The position numbers and the translations under genes were made by a program. From NCBI GenBank assembly GCA_965235115.1, contig OZ249436.1, positions 27,158,001 through 27,218,000 on the forward strand: a stretch of 60,000 nucleotides of DNA. The letters run 5' to 3'. Positions 59,882-60,000 of this stretch are shown here, in pieces. The DNA is from Laetmonice hystrix. Taxonomy: Eukaryota. Under the pieces are notes generated by a model that saw only the letters and a program-made list of their open reading frames with translations, made no database searches and was not told the origin of the DNA. Within the stretch, counting starts at the first letter, position 1, and each line of letters opens with the position of its first letter.

Positions 59882-60000
59882 AGGTGTGTGCCTGTTCACT
59901 GTTTGTAGCAGGCTCCACTAAAAATCATGTAAAGGCCTGGTTTAAGATCACCTCTGACCCAGTCATTCTCCAGATGGTTTCTGGGATTAAGATAGATTTT
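59854..60000 (+). CDS. Start of the DIRS pol (RT/RNase H) reading frame, truncated by the window edge
   Basis: Open frame after TAA at 59851-59853, overlapping the gag end; encodes AWFKITSDPVILQMVSGIKIDF. Confidence 0.65.

Larger units (their letters stand above)
57895..60000 (+). mobile_element. DIRS-type (tyrosine recombinase) retrotransposon, 5' part, in kinase intron 8
   Basis: Structured leader, long gag-like ORF, then a second frame FVAGSTKNHVKAWFKITSDPVILQMVSGIKIDF matching the W..ITSD..IL..V.G..I.F motif that precedes DIRS reverse transcriptase. Left boundary approximate. Confidence 0.8.

Noticed and set aside
59098..59899. Long minus-strand ORFs (194 and 107 aa)
   Set aside because: Antisense shadows of the gag ORF.

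Overview
Eukaryotic (invertebrate animal) genomic DNA that is intron-rich and dense in repeats; no prokaryotic features. Three spliced genes could be reconstructed by hand: a complete 6-exon alpha-arrestin (ARRDC-like, minus strand, 24691-27725), a complete 14-exon clan-3 cytochrome P450 (CYP3-like, minus strand, 34440-43658), and the first 8 exons of a CaMKIV-like kinase (plus strand, 46883-57474), arranged head-to-head with the P450. A DIRS-type retrotransposon (gag plus the start of pol) sits in the kinase intron at the right edge. The first 12.4 kb is a head-to-tail array of non-autonomous Helentron/HINE-like rolling-circle elements with shuffled modules and nested insertions; a diverged inverted relative lies at about 30.9-33.2 kb. 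The rest contains many MITEs (several with readable TIRs and target-site duplications), two decayed transposon coding remnants, a tRNA-derived SINE and several minisatellites. The most notable points are the mosaic HINE array, a Crypton-like element carrying a sequence complementary to its own circle junction, a minisatellite that has multiplied the kinase exon-3 splice acceptor, a DLG-for-DFG change in the kinase, and an alpha-arrestin with no PPxY motif and a basic NLS-like insert. Family assignments come from recalled motifs, not database searches.
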